Below, piece by piece: positions 22,801-33,519 of a stretch of DNA of 41,112 bases (its first letter is position 1; every line of letters starts with the position of its first letter). Under the pieces are notes generated by a model. That model searched no databases, was not told where the DNA came from, and saw only the letters and a program-made list of their open reading frames with translations. A program made the position numbers and the translations under genes. This DNA comes from Callorhinchus milii (Eukaryota). Location: contig NW_024705480.1 in NCBI RefSeq assembly GCF_018977255.1, positions 1 through 41,112 on the forward strand, read 5' to 3'.

Positions 22801-23533
22801 CTGCAAAGATGAGGTTAAAATTCAAACAAACAGAGGAAATGTTCCTCTCAATTCAGTACTGTAAAGGAGAGAAAAATAACAAGGACAAACTCAACATGAG
22901 GTGTATTGAAATTGCGGGACAGGACTTCACAGCAAAAACAAAATTTTCTTGTCTTCTTGTACATGTGCCTGTCACCCAGGGAAGGGAAGGGTCTCTGGGT
23001 TCTTAAGAGGGCAGAGCTTGTCCATAAACACTGCAACACTCTTTCTCAATCCCTCCTCCTTGACTCCAAGTTGATATAACTTGGGAAGAGCTTCCACTTC
23101 GACCTCCCTCTTTCTCTGGGTCGGGGTCCTGCTGACCCAGGCGCTCTGAGATGCTAACCTGCATCAGGTACGGTATACAAATGCACGATATTGTCGATGA
23201 GGCCGAAGGATAGGTGGGACTGCTAGAGGAGGAGGTGTATAAGTAAGAGGGTTAGGACATGACGTGAATGGCATGTGAGTGTCAGGATTATAAACAATAT
23301 CCGTTTTCCTAATGGAAGCCAATGGAGCCTGACATCCTGAAAAGCTGCAGCAAGTTGCATCTGCAGTACATTTCGCACCTTTTATGTCGGGGAGATGGCA
23401 CCAGTCTTGGGTTTGGTGGTGCTGTCAAAGTTTTGATTTAATTGTATTTGATGTATTTTGTGCTGAAGACAAATAGCTTATCCAAAAAAAAAATACTCAC
23501 CTGGTTTCTCAGTTAGACTGTCGACTTGGGGAC
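10745..23533 (-). CDS. Multi-exon type I membrane SRCR group B receptor (CD163/SCART/WC1-like): 8 SRCR domains + stalk + TM + Tyr-motif cytoplasmic tail; 5' (signal peptide) exon unresolved
   Basis: Manual splicing of 15 GT-AG exons (23533-23501, 22152-21829, 20785-20534, 19885-19571, 18768-18454, 18143-17832, 17228-16914, 16255-15926, 15215-14904, 14762-14724, 14317-14210, 13592-13497, 12831-12733, 12059-11919, 10830-10745) gives one open frame with all junctions in phase 1. One SRCR domain per exon is the group B hallmark. Confidence 0.88.
10985..11230. repeat. Degenerate (TG)n-rich low-complexity tract in an intron
   Basis: gtgtgtctgtgagtatgtgtctg... pattern. Confidence 0.85.
11919..12059 (-). 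CDS. Cytoplasmic exon 3 (DHLQEDYDDAEGGTFQMADRGLLLVTDTHPDVPALTSHTVQEASLCQ)
   Basis: cctgttaacag| acceptor, CAGG|gtaaga donor, 141 nt, phase 1-1; contains EDYDDAE. Confidence 0.85.
12733..12831 (-). CDS. Cytoplasmic exon 2 (GSNDSTSKLEYYTGESVNGSDAEQGNAEVFLPN)
   Basis: tgctcagtttcag| acceptor (alternative in-frame AG 6 nt upstream, start 12837), AATG|gtgagt donor, 99 nt, phase 1-1. Confidence 0.8.
13497..13592 (-). CDS. Cytoplasmic exon 1 (EEKYPSARLYQAIYEEIEDRPIRRRNFEADST)
   Basis: cttccaacag| acceptor, ACTG|gtacat donor, 96 nt, phase 1-1; contains AIYEEI. Absent from the ORF track. Confidence 0.85.
14210..14317 (-). CDS. Transmembrane exon (VQLVNIPFVVCIVLGILLAVVLFALIVQMDSNSSGR)
   Basis: About 22-residue hydrophobic helix with the P-x-x-x-C-x-x-LG-x-LL pattern recalled from WC1/SCART TMs; phase-1 aag| acceptor and AGAG|gtgaga donor; 108 nt. 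Confidence 0.88.
14724..14762 (-). CDS. Pro-rich stalk micro-exon (GKPPRPPIPTASF)
   Basis: gatgttttgcag| acceptor, TTTG|gtaaat donor, 39 nt, phase 1-1, located between SRCR8 and the TM exon. Confidence 0.8.
14904..15215 (-). CDS. SRCR domain 8 exon (membrane-proximal)
   Basis: QELRLVGGSSICSGRVEILSNKTWGTVCDDSW...IWLDELHCRGSESFLWDCV...SDCVHKEDAGVVCS; 312 nt, |gtaggg. Confidence 0.96.
15400..15645 (+). mobile_element. 5'-truncated SINE fragments (Deu-like core + tail)
   Basis: gggacattgctgcgcga, gtgaagcgct...cgtgaaaattgcaaggattattattatt. Confidence 0.7.
15926..16255 (-). CDS. SRCR domain 7 exon
   Basis: EHKMLRLMNGQHSCEGRVEVFYNETWGTVCSD...IWLDDIACNSNESFLWQC...WGEHNCDHREDVGVICS; 330 nt, |gtaaca. 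Confidence 0.96.
16914..17228 (-). CDS. SRCR domain 6 exon (9 Cys)
   Basis: THIRLMDGGSSCAGRVEIYYNETWGTVCDDSW...VWLDEVRCSGKESALWEC...WGQHDCGHKEDVSIVCS; 315 nt, |gtaaga. Confidence 0.96.
17832..18143 (-). CDS. SRCR domain 5 exon (lacks C2 and C7)
   Basis: DHKQLRLVDDGSSCSGTVEVYRHGDWRRVRDQFW...VHCQGNETNLLKC...SDVGVQCS; 312 nt, |gtgagt. Confidence 0.93.
18454..18768 (-). CDS. SRCR domain 4 exon (lacks C2 and C7)
   Basis: WHLRLESGGSRCDGRVEIYHNGTWGRLLDDSW...PVWLNNVQCVGNETHIWNC...RDVGVVCS; 315 nt, |gtgagt. Confidence 0.95.
19571..19885 (-). CDS. SRCR domain 3 exon (9 Cys)
   Basis: EHHSIRLIGGNNSCSGRVEL...GTVCDYYWDLQDADVLCRQLDCG...FSCTHDNDVCVVCS; 315 nt, |gtgagt. Confidence 0.95.
20534..20785 (-). 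CDS. SRCR domain 2 exon (internally truncated; lacks the C5-C6 segment)
   Basis: PRLVNGSSRCAGRVELYNTVAWGTVC...ICKHLGCG...FGEGSGTVIGRPDCGHQRDAGVICS; 252 nt, phase 1-1, donor |gtacag. Confidence 0.88.
21829..22152 (-). CDS. SRCR domain 1 exon (lacks C2 and C7)
   Basis: DHLRLVNGGSPCAGRVEVYHDGQW...VVCKELGCG...VRCRGSESTLRDC...YDVGVICS; 324 nt, cag|...|gtaaat. Confidence 0.95.
23501..23533 (-). CDS. 33-nt micro-exon (xPQVDSLTEKP) preceding SRCR1
   Basis: ttttctcatttcag| acceptor and CCAG|gtgagt donor; phase 1-1; open; joins SRCR1 as D-HLRLVNGG. Confidence 0.7.
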
Positions 23534-25049
23534 CTGAAATGAGAAAATTTTCGCCAGTTACATACTTTAGAAATTTAGTTTGAATGATGAACCCTTTTTG
23601 AACTATTCAATCTCATTCCCCATCAGATTAGTTTTGACAGACAGAGAGTAACCCACTTGTAAAGCTCAGTCCGTTCTACTTCCACTGCTCAACGTTGTGC
23701 TACGGTCATATTGAACGCTCAAATAAGTTGATAAATGATCAGTGAAATTGGATCAAAACCTTCTCTCTCAGAGGGCGATACCTCCTGACCGCGCCTGACA
23801 CAATATACAGTGTGACTAAATAGTCGCCATACAATTACAAGTCTTATAAGTCTGAGGGAAATGGTGATAATATATATTATAAATGTATATATATTGAATC
23901 TAATTATATAAGTACTGCTACTCATAATAATCCTTTCGTTGGATATTGCGCATAATCCCAACATTCAGATGTCTCAAAGCGGTTCACGGAATATAATGTA
24001 CAGTTTAGTGACTCTGTCATTTAGGGATGAAAGACGGAAGGAAATGCACTGAACAGTGCCCCGCAACAGCTCTGCACAAAATCTGAGCGAACAAAATATT
24101 ATTTTTGTCAGGAGATTTGGCGTCTCCGACAACACGCGGCTCTCTCTCCGTCACTATCGCCCCAACTCCAGCGCTGTGCTGAATCGTTATCCGCGTCTGT
24201 GAGCTCAGGTTCTCCGAGGTCTGTGGGTGTGCGGTTGTGTGGGTGTGTGTTGGGGGGGGGGAGGGAGATGTCTAACCCGCAACCTCCTGACTCGGAGGCG
24301 AGAGAGAGAGCAAAGGTTGGAAACGCAACCGAAGCCGAAAATTGAGCACTCTGTAGCTGGAAACTATTTAACTATAAATGTGTCAGTCATTTTCCATCCA
24401 CTTAAATAATTTATTCTTCGCATTGGGAAAAGGTGTGAAGGATTCCAACTGCCGAGGAGAGCTGCTTTATGTGAGACTAAACGTCAAATATTCCCATCTC
24501 CCGTTGAACTGACTTTGCCGTCTTAACGATAAAGCCTGTTTTTAACATCCACCATCAAGTGTCACCTCACTGAGACGCCTCAGAGCGCTTCACAGAATAT
24601 AATGTGGTTGAAACTCTGCAGCAGTTTTGCAGAGCCGTATCCGACAAACCGTCGTGAATTAATCATTATATTAATGATATGGTGTCCAATGTAATGCGGC
24701 GATCCTCATTCCCCCACATATACCACCACCTCCAACACAACCAACACCACCACCACCACTCATGGCTGAGCTTGTGAGTCAGTCAGGACTGTGAGATTAG
24801 GGACCCCGACGTGCGTGTGTGCGGTTGTGCGGTTGTGCGGTTGTGTGAATATGTGTCTTTTGGGGGGTGGAAGGGAGGGTCAAACCTACAAACTACTGAC
24901 TCGGAAGCGAGAGAGCGAGCAAGAGATGGACAGCCGGACACGCAATCTACACTGAAAAAAAAGACATCTACAGCTCCATTCTTTTTAATTACTAAGGTGT
25001 CACTCATTTTAGATCAGTTTTATTAATTTATTAGTCACATTGATATCAG

Positions 25050-25372
25050 TCTATCTCAGTGGTTAGAGTACTCGCTTTGCAATTGAGAGACCTGAGTTCA
25101 ATTCCAGGCAGAGGGCGAATCCTTGGGCAAGTTTCCTTACTCCACACAGAGCCTAATCGTAATCCGTCCAAAACCCAAAACAATAATAAATTTGTCATTT
25201 TCAATCCACGACTGTTTATGGGACATTGCTGTGCGCAATTGGCTTCCGCGTTTGCCCACAAATATCCAGTCAATTCACTTTACAGTGTGTTCTGTGAAGC
25301 GCTTTGGGACGTCCTCCCGACGTGAAAAGCGCTGTATCAAATGCAAGGATTATTATTATTATTATTATTATT
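25050..25372 (+). mobile_element. Full-length tRNA-derived SINE, same family
   Basis: ctcagtggttagagtactcgctttgc...gagttcaattccaggc...gtgaaaagcgctgtatcaaatgcaagga(tta)n. Confidence 0.93.
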
Positions 25373-25879
25373 GATGTAAGATGACTTAGTGTCTAGTACA
25401 ATGCACTTCCCCAAATCCAGCTCCCACCACCCGCACCACCACCCCCATCGTTGGTCTGGAGTGTCAGTCTGGATTATGAGTGGTGTGGGAGGTGGGAGAA
25501 GGGGTGGATGAGGGGGGGAGAGGCGTGGGGAGGGGGAGAAGGGGCTCCAAGATAGATAGGGGCGAGAGCGAGATAGAGAGCAAGAGAGAGACTCAGAAGG
25601 AGACGCGACCCACAAAGAAAGATAAATATTCTAAAACTGGAAGCTTTCCAAATGTTGATGTGTTGCTCATTTTAGATCAGTTTTACTCATTGACTATTTA
25701 CGACGATATGAGTATTATTCTGGATATGCGTTGAGATGCAGAATACCTTCTCGTTAACACGTTAGTAAACTAAAGATTCCCAAATGCTACACAATAGATG
25801 TTGAGTATTATTGCAGAGGTATTGAGACACATGACTGCATGTAACTCTGTTAATGATACACAGCAACAACATCACATTT

Positions 25880-26170
25880 GCAAAGTTTCTTTCACGTCGG
25901 GAGGACCTCAAAGATTGGGCCCCGAGCTGGAGGTTGGGATCAGGGTGATGGAGGGCAGGGAGGGGAGAGGGAGCTGCCTGGAGGAATGAGCGGTTGAAAA
26001 GGAGACTGTGGAGACGTGTTATGAAGGAGGCAAAGGAGGGAGCGAGGTGAAGTGACTGTGGGATCTCCAGGCGCTGTGGACCAAGGAGCTCAAAGCCGAT
26101 GGTGGGGTAGGCCGGGCGGGGGGTGTGGAGAAGGCCAGAGCCTCCTGAGGTTAGCGAGCGGACAAGATAA
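25880..26170 (-). mobile_element. Probable decayed L2 3' fragment
   Basis: Begins with a reversed tail (tttcacgtcgggaggacctcaaag) followed by a G/A-rich tract. Similar fragments occur at about 27080-27350 and, on the + strand, at 29010-29110. Confidence 0.4.
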
Positions 26171-26770
26171 TAACTGTCCTTGGGAATTTCTGTACTTTCA
26201 TCAGTATCATTAAGCTGAATTCTTCATTACTAATGCACCTAATCTATAACTGAGAGCAATACCGCTTACAATCTCAATCATATAAAAACTACTTTTAAAA
26301 TACACAATGTTCATGAATATCTGAAACCGTGAGAAGCCATTGCCGAGCCTATAGTTATTGGTGTTCACATGCATTAAAAGTCGCACTGACAAAGATGTGA
26401 AAGATTGTAACTTCCCACCACCTGCGTAACATTAGATGAAACAGCAGATGTTCATACTTTCCTTTACACTGACTTCACAATCTCAATGATGCATTATGTT
26501 CTTAACATCCACCTTCAGATTCCTCAAGTCGGAAAATCATGTATATAAGAATATGATCTCAATTCAAACTAAATGTTTCTAAATAATGACAGTTTTTTTG
26601 AAGAACATTTATATCTAAATTAATCAGGATGTCCCCTCGAATGGCATGGAAAATCTGATTGATGCACTGTATTCAAAGATCTTGAAATGAATAAAAAACA
26701 TACTTTGATTTGCTGCCTTCGGATGCTTTAGGGCCTTCTTACACTATATGATGATTAATCTGCAAAATAC

Positions 26771-26837
26771 CTTTATATTGGACGTGAATGTATTTGGATA
26801 CCATCACAGCACACATATTGTTTAAGCACTTGACTAT
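26771..26837 (-). CDS. Candidate phase 0-to-1 bridging exon (IVKCLNNMCAVMVSKYIHVQYK)
   Basis: ttattgcag| acceptor, AAAG|gtattt donor, 67 nt open. It would link the 27.9-kb exon to the 23.5-kb micro-exon in frame. No homology support. Confidence 0.25.
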
Positions 26838-27860
26838 CTGCAATAAATTCACTGACTAATTCATCTGAAACAATCCTCACATTTTAATTCAATACAAACA
26901 TATATATATATATAACAAAACAATGTAATGCTAAATTATTTTACAGGTAGGACAGTAATATTTTATTGATAATATGTATAAAACCTAAATAAATCGCCAA
27001 TATAATCATATGCGTTTGTCTTGTTATTTCCTATATTTTAACTAATCTGCAGAAAGAACAATAATTTGAAAATGTTACAGCGGATTTCACAGTGAGATAA
27101 CGTCTCAAGCCGCCTGACACAGCGGGAAGGGAGCGGGAGCCGCGGTGGGGGAACTGAGGAAGGAGGAGAGAAAGACCACCAGAGTCGGGTGGAAAGGGAA
27201 CATTTAAGGCGGGTTAAAAAGAGCCAATGTGGAGGGGGAGAGGCTGCGGGAGGGGATGGCAGACAGCGGGACCTGAACAGCTGGACACTGGTGAGCAGGT
27301 GGTGGGGAATTGAGCTGCCGAGGGAGCAGTCAGGCCGTGGGGCTGTGGCTGATGTTCAGTGGAATGAGGCCACGCAGGGACTTAAACTCCAGGAAGAAAA
27401 TACATTCAATCTTGTTCTGGCTCCAAATCCACCAGCAGATCCAATTGAGGATACTTTAGCCCTGGAGAATATTGCTCTGTACAGCTCTTCACAACACAAG
27501 CTCCAGACCACCCGGACCCCTGTGGGTCCCGTCCTCTCCAAATAGCCATGTGAGGCAGCGCTGACAGACTGCCATGGCTGGTGCTGGAGAGGACAAGAGC
27601 CGCAGGATCTGGCTGGGCTGCAGCTTGTGTAGGGAAGAGCTGGGGAGTCAGGCTGACAGGGCATTAGTCAAGTAACAATAATATTAATAATATGATTATT
27701 CAATCCAAGTCTGTGTTGGACACGGCTGTGCACAATTAGATGCTGCATTTCTCTTTAAAGTCAATTTGCTTGACGATGCATCATGTGAAACTCTCTGAGT
27801 TGTTTTGAAGACATGATCAGTCACCACAACAACTGCAGGAATTTTTGTTACTTAACTCAC

Positions 27861-27974
27861 CCGAACACACAACTCTATTATTATTATTATAACCAATACT
27901 GGACGTGAAGAAATATTGTTTAGTACATTTGCAACATGGGGGCAGGTAGAGTGTTGAATATGCTTCTCCTGCAT
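27861..27974 (-). CDS. Candidate first coding exon (long signal peptide-like): MQEKHIQHSTCPHVANVLNNISSRPVLVIIIIIELCVR
   Basis: ATG at 27974, hydrophobic core PVLVIIIIIELCV and a strong donor CGG|gtgagt. It ends in phase 0, so it needs a 0-to-1 bridging exon before 23533. Confidence 0.45.
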
Positions 27975-30639
27975 GTGTTCACTTATTATTTATGTTTATT
28001 TTCCTTTTTACTCCTCGTCATGTTTGTGTTCAATATAAACATCAAAGCCGCTGAGGGTCAGAGCCGTGAAGCCATTCCCCGACACTGTCCTGTAAACCTG
28101 AGCTATTGTATCTCAGCTGCAGTTACAGTGAGGACAGAGACACAGAGACACACACACAGGGCGGCGGAGCTCTGGCTATGGTTCTGTGGATGATGGTCCC
28201 TATGTTACTGATTTAATGTATGTTTTTCTCAGGGACCTGTCCTCGGCTGTCGCTAAGTTAATGCTCTCAGTCTGTGATGATCCAATCCTCCAGATCGATT
28301 ACCGTCAATAGCAGCGGCGCAGGACGGGAAGCTTCAGCCGGTGTTTACAACACGGGGACTGGGAGCTGTATATAAACCCCATGTGTATTGGCTTCTTATA
28401 GAATGGAAAGGTTGTAAAATCTTTAGTTTAAAAAGTAGAAGAAAATTAAAATAAATGACTTTGAAAAATGCCTAAGAGTTTGTAAATATCTTTGAAACAA
28501 TCAGCATTTTCTTATCTCCGCTTCTAAATCAATGCAGAAAAAAATCTGCTTATGTTCTGCTATCAAGTGCAATGAGCGAATAAAGAAATAAATAACATGC
28601 TCTCGGAATGGGACATTTACTGATGCTTTTAACTCAATGGTTCTTCATTTCTTTATGTAAATCAATTTACTTTTACAAATTGCTTATTTGCCGCCGTTTA
28701 CAAAAACTTTAGCTTTCATTTTATTATGATACAATCAATATTATTCGGATAAAATTTTAAATTGAAGGCCACGATCAATCCCCGTGTTTATCATTCTGTG
28801 TGTCTCACCAGAGAAGTGTCTGTTCATTGCTCAGAGCAGCGCTGATACTGAACAGGAGAAATTGCCCCATGAAACAGTTTCACTATAAAAGGACCAAGTT
28901 CCTTAACATCAGGTCTTCACTGTCAACTGTAGTTCTTGGACAACAACAGTCAATCCTTTTATTTTGGGTCAATAAATAAAGCAAAATACTAAACTCAAGA
29001 TAGGAATAGATAGAGCCATTCAGTCTCTGCGCTCGGGAACTCCATCCCCAAGTGCCCCCGACTCGCTGCCTCTTTCCCCCTCAACTCTCTGCCTCTTTCC
29101 CCTCTGATTAAAAGCAACAAAACCGTTTGTGGATGAATAACATTTGTATTGAAACCTTCCTTCACACACCAGTAACATGCAAGTAACCTTCAATCAAAAA
29201 AGGTGAATAGACACTAAATGCTTTATAACCATTTCAAATATTTAACTTTAAATCAGGAGCTACTGCGGCCTCCACCAACAGCACAGAATTCACTCCAAAA
29301 CATATTAGTTATTGCTGAGATACTCCTCATATTCGAACTATTAAACAAAAAATACCAAGAAACATGCCAGAATATTATTTAACACATAATCTAAAATCAT
29401 CAATAATATTACAATATTCACACGATCCATAAACTGCTTCGAATTACTATGCAAAGCTTCTATTCACATGGCTCCAGTCCTCACCGGCAATCACGTTTCC
29501 ATAGCGTTCAATACAGTATTATAGAAAAGTTTTCACTATGTATAAATAAATATTTGCACATCCATCCAATTTTGAAATAGAATATTTTTTTATTCATGAA
29601 TGATTGGGAAAATGATCGTCCAAATATTTCTCATACTTTGAACACAAATAAAGATTTATTTTGCCCGTTTCCCTTTTTTCAGACATAATTTTATTACAAA
29701 AATCTGAATGCCATGAAACGCACGAAGCTAAATGACTTAAAAATGATACAGCTAACAAATAATTATTTTATTTTCAAAGTAAGAAAAATTCCAACACTAT
29801 GAAGCGCCATATAACAATTTACAATTCAGTAAATATAACTTGCTTCTATTATAGGATCAGTGTGTAAAGTGGTCAGGACTAACAGAGATTAATCACCTTC
29901 CATAATTTTTAATAATAACACATAGTATGATTATGTTGAAGATATATCAGAAACCACTAACTTACATGTCAGAATATGGAGTAGAAGGTAGATGACCAGT
30001 GACCGCAGCATCACAACTGGACAGTGTGATAGTAATGTGAGGGACATCAAGCGAGTGCTGTCAACCACTGCCGTCTTGACCCTCCAGCACCGGACAACAG
30101 CTCACCACAAACCAATATCTCTGTCCATATAACCAATAGATTGTTGATATGTATAAAATGAAGCATTCGGCTGATAAGATTCACCAATGAGCCGTGATGT
30201 TACCGTATATGGATATAATTGCCCGTCTTTTCTTTTTGATCGTGCTTCCTGAGAGACCAATGGCGGAAATGTGGCTCATGAGTTGAGATGGGCCATCAAA
30301 ATTTTTGTGCATTGTATCAGGATTACAGATACTGGAGTATGTGAGGGGTGGGGGGGTGTGGATCAATGAGCAGCCCGTGTGTTCAGGGCCCCAAATCTCT
30401 CTTGTGTTTGATGGGAGATGGACGCAGAATTTGATCCACACACTTTGCAATCTATACATTTCCATGATGTTACATTGCATGTAATAATACGCACCAATGT
30501 TATAGCGCCTGTTCATTTAATTGAGAGGTCCCAAAGCGCTTCAGAGAATAAACGGCCAAGTGAATTGACTCAATATTTTGCGGGCAAAACGTAGCAGCCA
30601 ATGGCGGTAAAGTGAGGAGTATGAAAAGCTGTTTTATCT

Positions 30640-30850
30640 TGTACTGAACAGTGGAACCAGAGGACACGGCCTGCGATGAAGGAGGGTAAATTCAGAAGAA
30701 ATCTTCTGCAACAATACTTCAGTGCACGAGGAGTAAACTTATGGAACAGTCTGCATAGCGAGACAGTGAGGTCAAAAGTGCTTTATTTCAGGATCAGTTG
30801 AGATAGGTTTCTGCAAGAAAATAATGTCTCGGGACACAGTATATGGTTTG
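30640..30850 (+). mobile_element. CR1 LINE ORF2 3'-end fragment
   Basis: Translates with a frameshift as TRGHGLR...KFRRNLLQQYFSARGVNLWNSL, the typical CR1 C-terminal motif. Confidence 0.75.
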
Positions 30851-32374
30851 ACAAAAGACATTTGAAGCATCTGTCCGGATGGTGGAAAGCGAACTTGAAG
30901 GACCATGGTCATTGTTAGCCGAAGAAATTCTGATGTTTTTAAATCGTCATGCAGGTGTGTGTTGGTTTAAGAGAAACTTGATCAAAGCCTTGCCCAAAAT
31001 GTGATCAGAAATACAGTTTAAATTAAAATGAATTACGTTAGCACAATCTTTCATTCTCTTACTTGATCATTTTTTAAATAAAGTTTGAATGGTTATTTAT
31101 AATCTCTCCTTCCTCTTTCGGGTATTGAGAGGAAAGTGATAAATGTTGACATTGTGAATGATCACACTGTAGGCCATCACTATAGAAGGAGGGGGTCCTT
31201 CTATAGTGATTGCGCCTGTTTAAAAATCGAGACAAGCTTAGGCATCAGCACATGACTGAAACTTTTAATTTAAATAAAAGCTTTGGACCATAAGTTGACG
31301 TACACAGATGCATTTTATACATAAATAAGGACAATGAGAAACACCTACTAATGGTGTGCGCGGCGCCTGAGCAGCGACACAGTGAGAGTGTGTGAGTTTA
31401 TTGTGGAAGCTTCTCAGCCTCTGTGTCTGATCACCAGCGGCAGAGAGCGTGGTGCCCAGCGCTGCTCAACTTCAACACACCCTCTGGACCTCTCCCCAGT
31501 GAAGGAACAGGTCAGGATTTCAGTCATCCTGTCTGCATTCTAGGTGTAAATGTCTGAAACTCACAGTGACTCTGCCACATTCTCCCTGTGCCTTGTATAA
31601 ACCAGTCAAGATTATTAGTGCAGATCCCCCAGAATATAGTCTCACTATTTTACTGTCTGGGTGATCGTCTGTTATACGATATGAACAGACATAAAATGCT
31701 GCCAAGTCGAACTGTGTAAAAAGTACTTTGAAGTGATCCTTGAATATCAGAATGCCCCCGAGACTATTGATCGGTTTCATATTGAATGTGAAACTCTTGC
31801 TGCAAATGGGGAAATGGGAGTGAGTCAATCACATCAGGCTCCACAGCTCAGTAGCTGCCAGTCAGAGCGGTTACAGCACAAATTTACAGAGGGTTGAAAC
31901 ACTGCAGCGGATATTTACACTACACTAAAACTAGCAACACACCATGTACAATGACAGCAGGCTCCCGCACACATACACAAATACATACACACACACTCAT
32001 AAGCACAAACACACACTTTATATAAGCATATGCCGCAACGTGAAAAGACAGTTACACATCAGGTATAAAAATACAGACAGACACAAACACAAACAGTGGC
32101 ACTCGGAACGCAACCATATCTAGGCCATGAACACAGATGCCTCACAGAATATAATCACATCCTGCACATCAACCGAGCAACTACAGGCGAACTGCACCGA
32201 TGTGAAGCCTTCACACTGAACCAAAACTTACATTCTCATCAACAGCAAACAATTAGTTTTAAAAAATTGTTTCTATGCAAAACTCCTCCAGCATCTCCTG
32301 CAGCAATATAAGTGGTTTCACAGTATAACACATAAGATTGTGGAATCATTTGTTGTGTGTTTACGGTTGTTGTT

Positions 32375-32378
<4 letters not shown>

Positions 32379-32414
<36 letters not shown>

Positions 32415-32420
32415 GAGAGA
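32379..32420. repeat. (GA)n microsatellite
   Basis: Direct read. Confidence 0.95.
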
Positions 32421-32529
32421 GCGCCAAGTGATCCAACACTCAAATTATGTCTCAGAGATGAGCCGCTCCTGAGCAAAGAAGCTTCACAGGAAACGCGGGC
32501 TGCTGCTGGCACTCAGGCCTCCTGAGACA

Positions 32530-33035
32530 CAGGGCTGGAGAGACTGGGTGCCAGAGAAGCTCAGGGCTACAGAGTCTCAGTGCAAGAGAGGCTAAGAGCT
32601 GGAGAGGCTCATGGCTGGAGAGGCTCAGAGCTGGAGAGGTTCAGGGCTGGAGAGGCTCAGAGTTGGAGAGGCTCTGGGCTGGAGAGTTTCAGGGCTGGAG
32701 AGGCTCAGGGCTGGAGTGGCTCAGTGCTGGAGAAGCTCAGGGCTGGAGAGGCTCAGGGCTGGAGAGGCTCAGGGCTGGAGAGGATCAGTGCTGGAGAGGC
32801 TCAGGGCTGCAGAGGGTCAGGGCTGGATAGGCTCAGGGCTGGAGAGTATCAGTGCTGGAGAGGCTCAGGGCTGGAGAGTCTCAGGGCTGGAGAGGCTCAG
32901 GGCTGGACAGCATAGGTGCTGGAGAGGCTCGGGGCTGGAGAGGGTCAATGATGGAGAGACTCGGGGCTGGAGAGTCTCAGGGTTGGAGAGGTTCAGGGCT
33001 GGAGAGGCTCAATGCTGTAAAGGCTCAGCGCTAGA
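32530..33035 (+). repeat. 16-bp G-rich minisatellite (GGCTGGAGAGGCTCAG), about 30 copies
   Basis: Direct read of tandem gggctggagaggctca units. Confidence 0.96.
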
Positions 33036-33519
33036 GATGCAGATTTACAGGCTTAAGTGCGAAAATAATGAATCATATAATATTCATAATAAAAGATATA
33101 ATGTAAATGTAAATTGTATTGTCGAGTCGGTAAAATGTTCACAGCAATTTTGCTTTCTATTCTTTCGGTTTTCCATCTTGTCTTTTTCTCTCTCTCTTTC
33201 AGTCGCCGTTGTTTAGAGCTCCTCGTGTCTCTCCTTTGCTATTTCTGGTTTACCAACCATTGGTTCATCAGATTTTGGCCGATTTCCCCCTGTACTCTAA
33301 GTGTAGTGACTGGTACGCGCTCTCAGTGTCTCGCCGCTTGGCTCCGTTGAAAGAAGCCGCTGGTTATCATTGGTTGAAACACAAAATCTGCCAATATAGA
33401 AGCTGCTCAATTTTACCGTTATAATCTCTGGACTCAAACGATTACTGTAACTCTGTCTTTGTAACCTCCAACACCTCTTGTCTCAACCGTTATTGAGTCT
33501 GCCCTGAATGTCCATCAGC

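Noticed and set aside
10745..23533. Calling the gene DMBT1 or CD163 by symbol
   Set aside because: No CUB or ZP domains (not DMBT1), and one-to-one orthology within the CD163/SCART/WC1 family cannot be established without phylogeny.
28285..28375. Possible decayed + strand SRCR start (VNSSGAGR...QHGDW)
   Set aside because: Needs several frameshifts and lacks the cysteine pattern; indistinguishable from chance.
32530..33035. Immunoglobulin switch-region-like sequence (GGGCT/GAGCT)
   Set aside because: No Ig constant exons nearby, AGCT density is low, and cartilaginous fish lack conventional switch regions.
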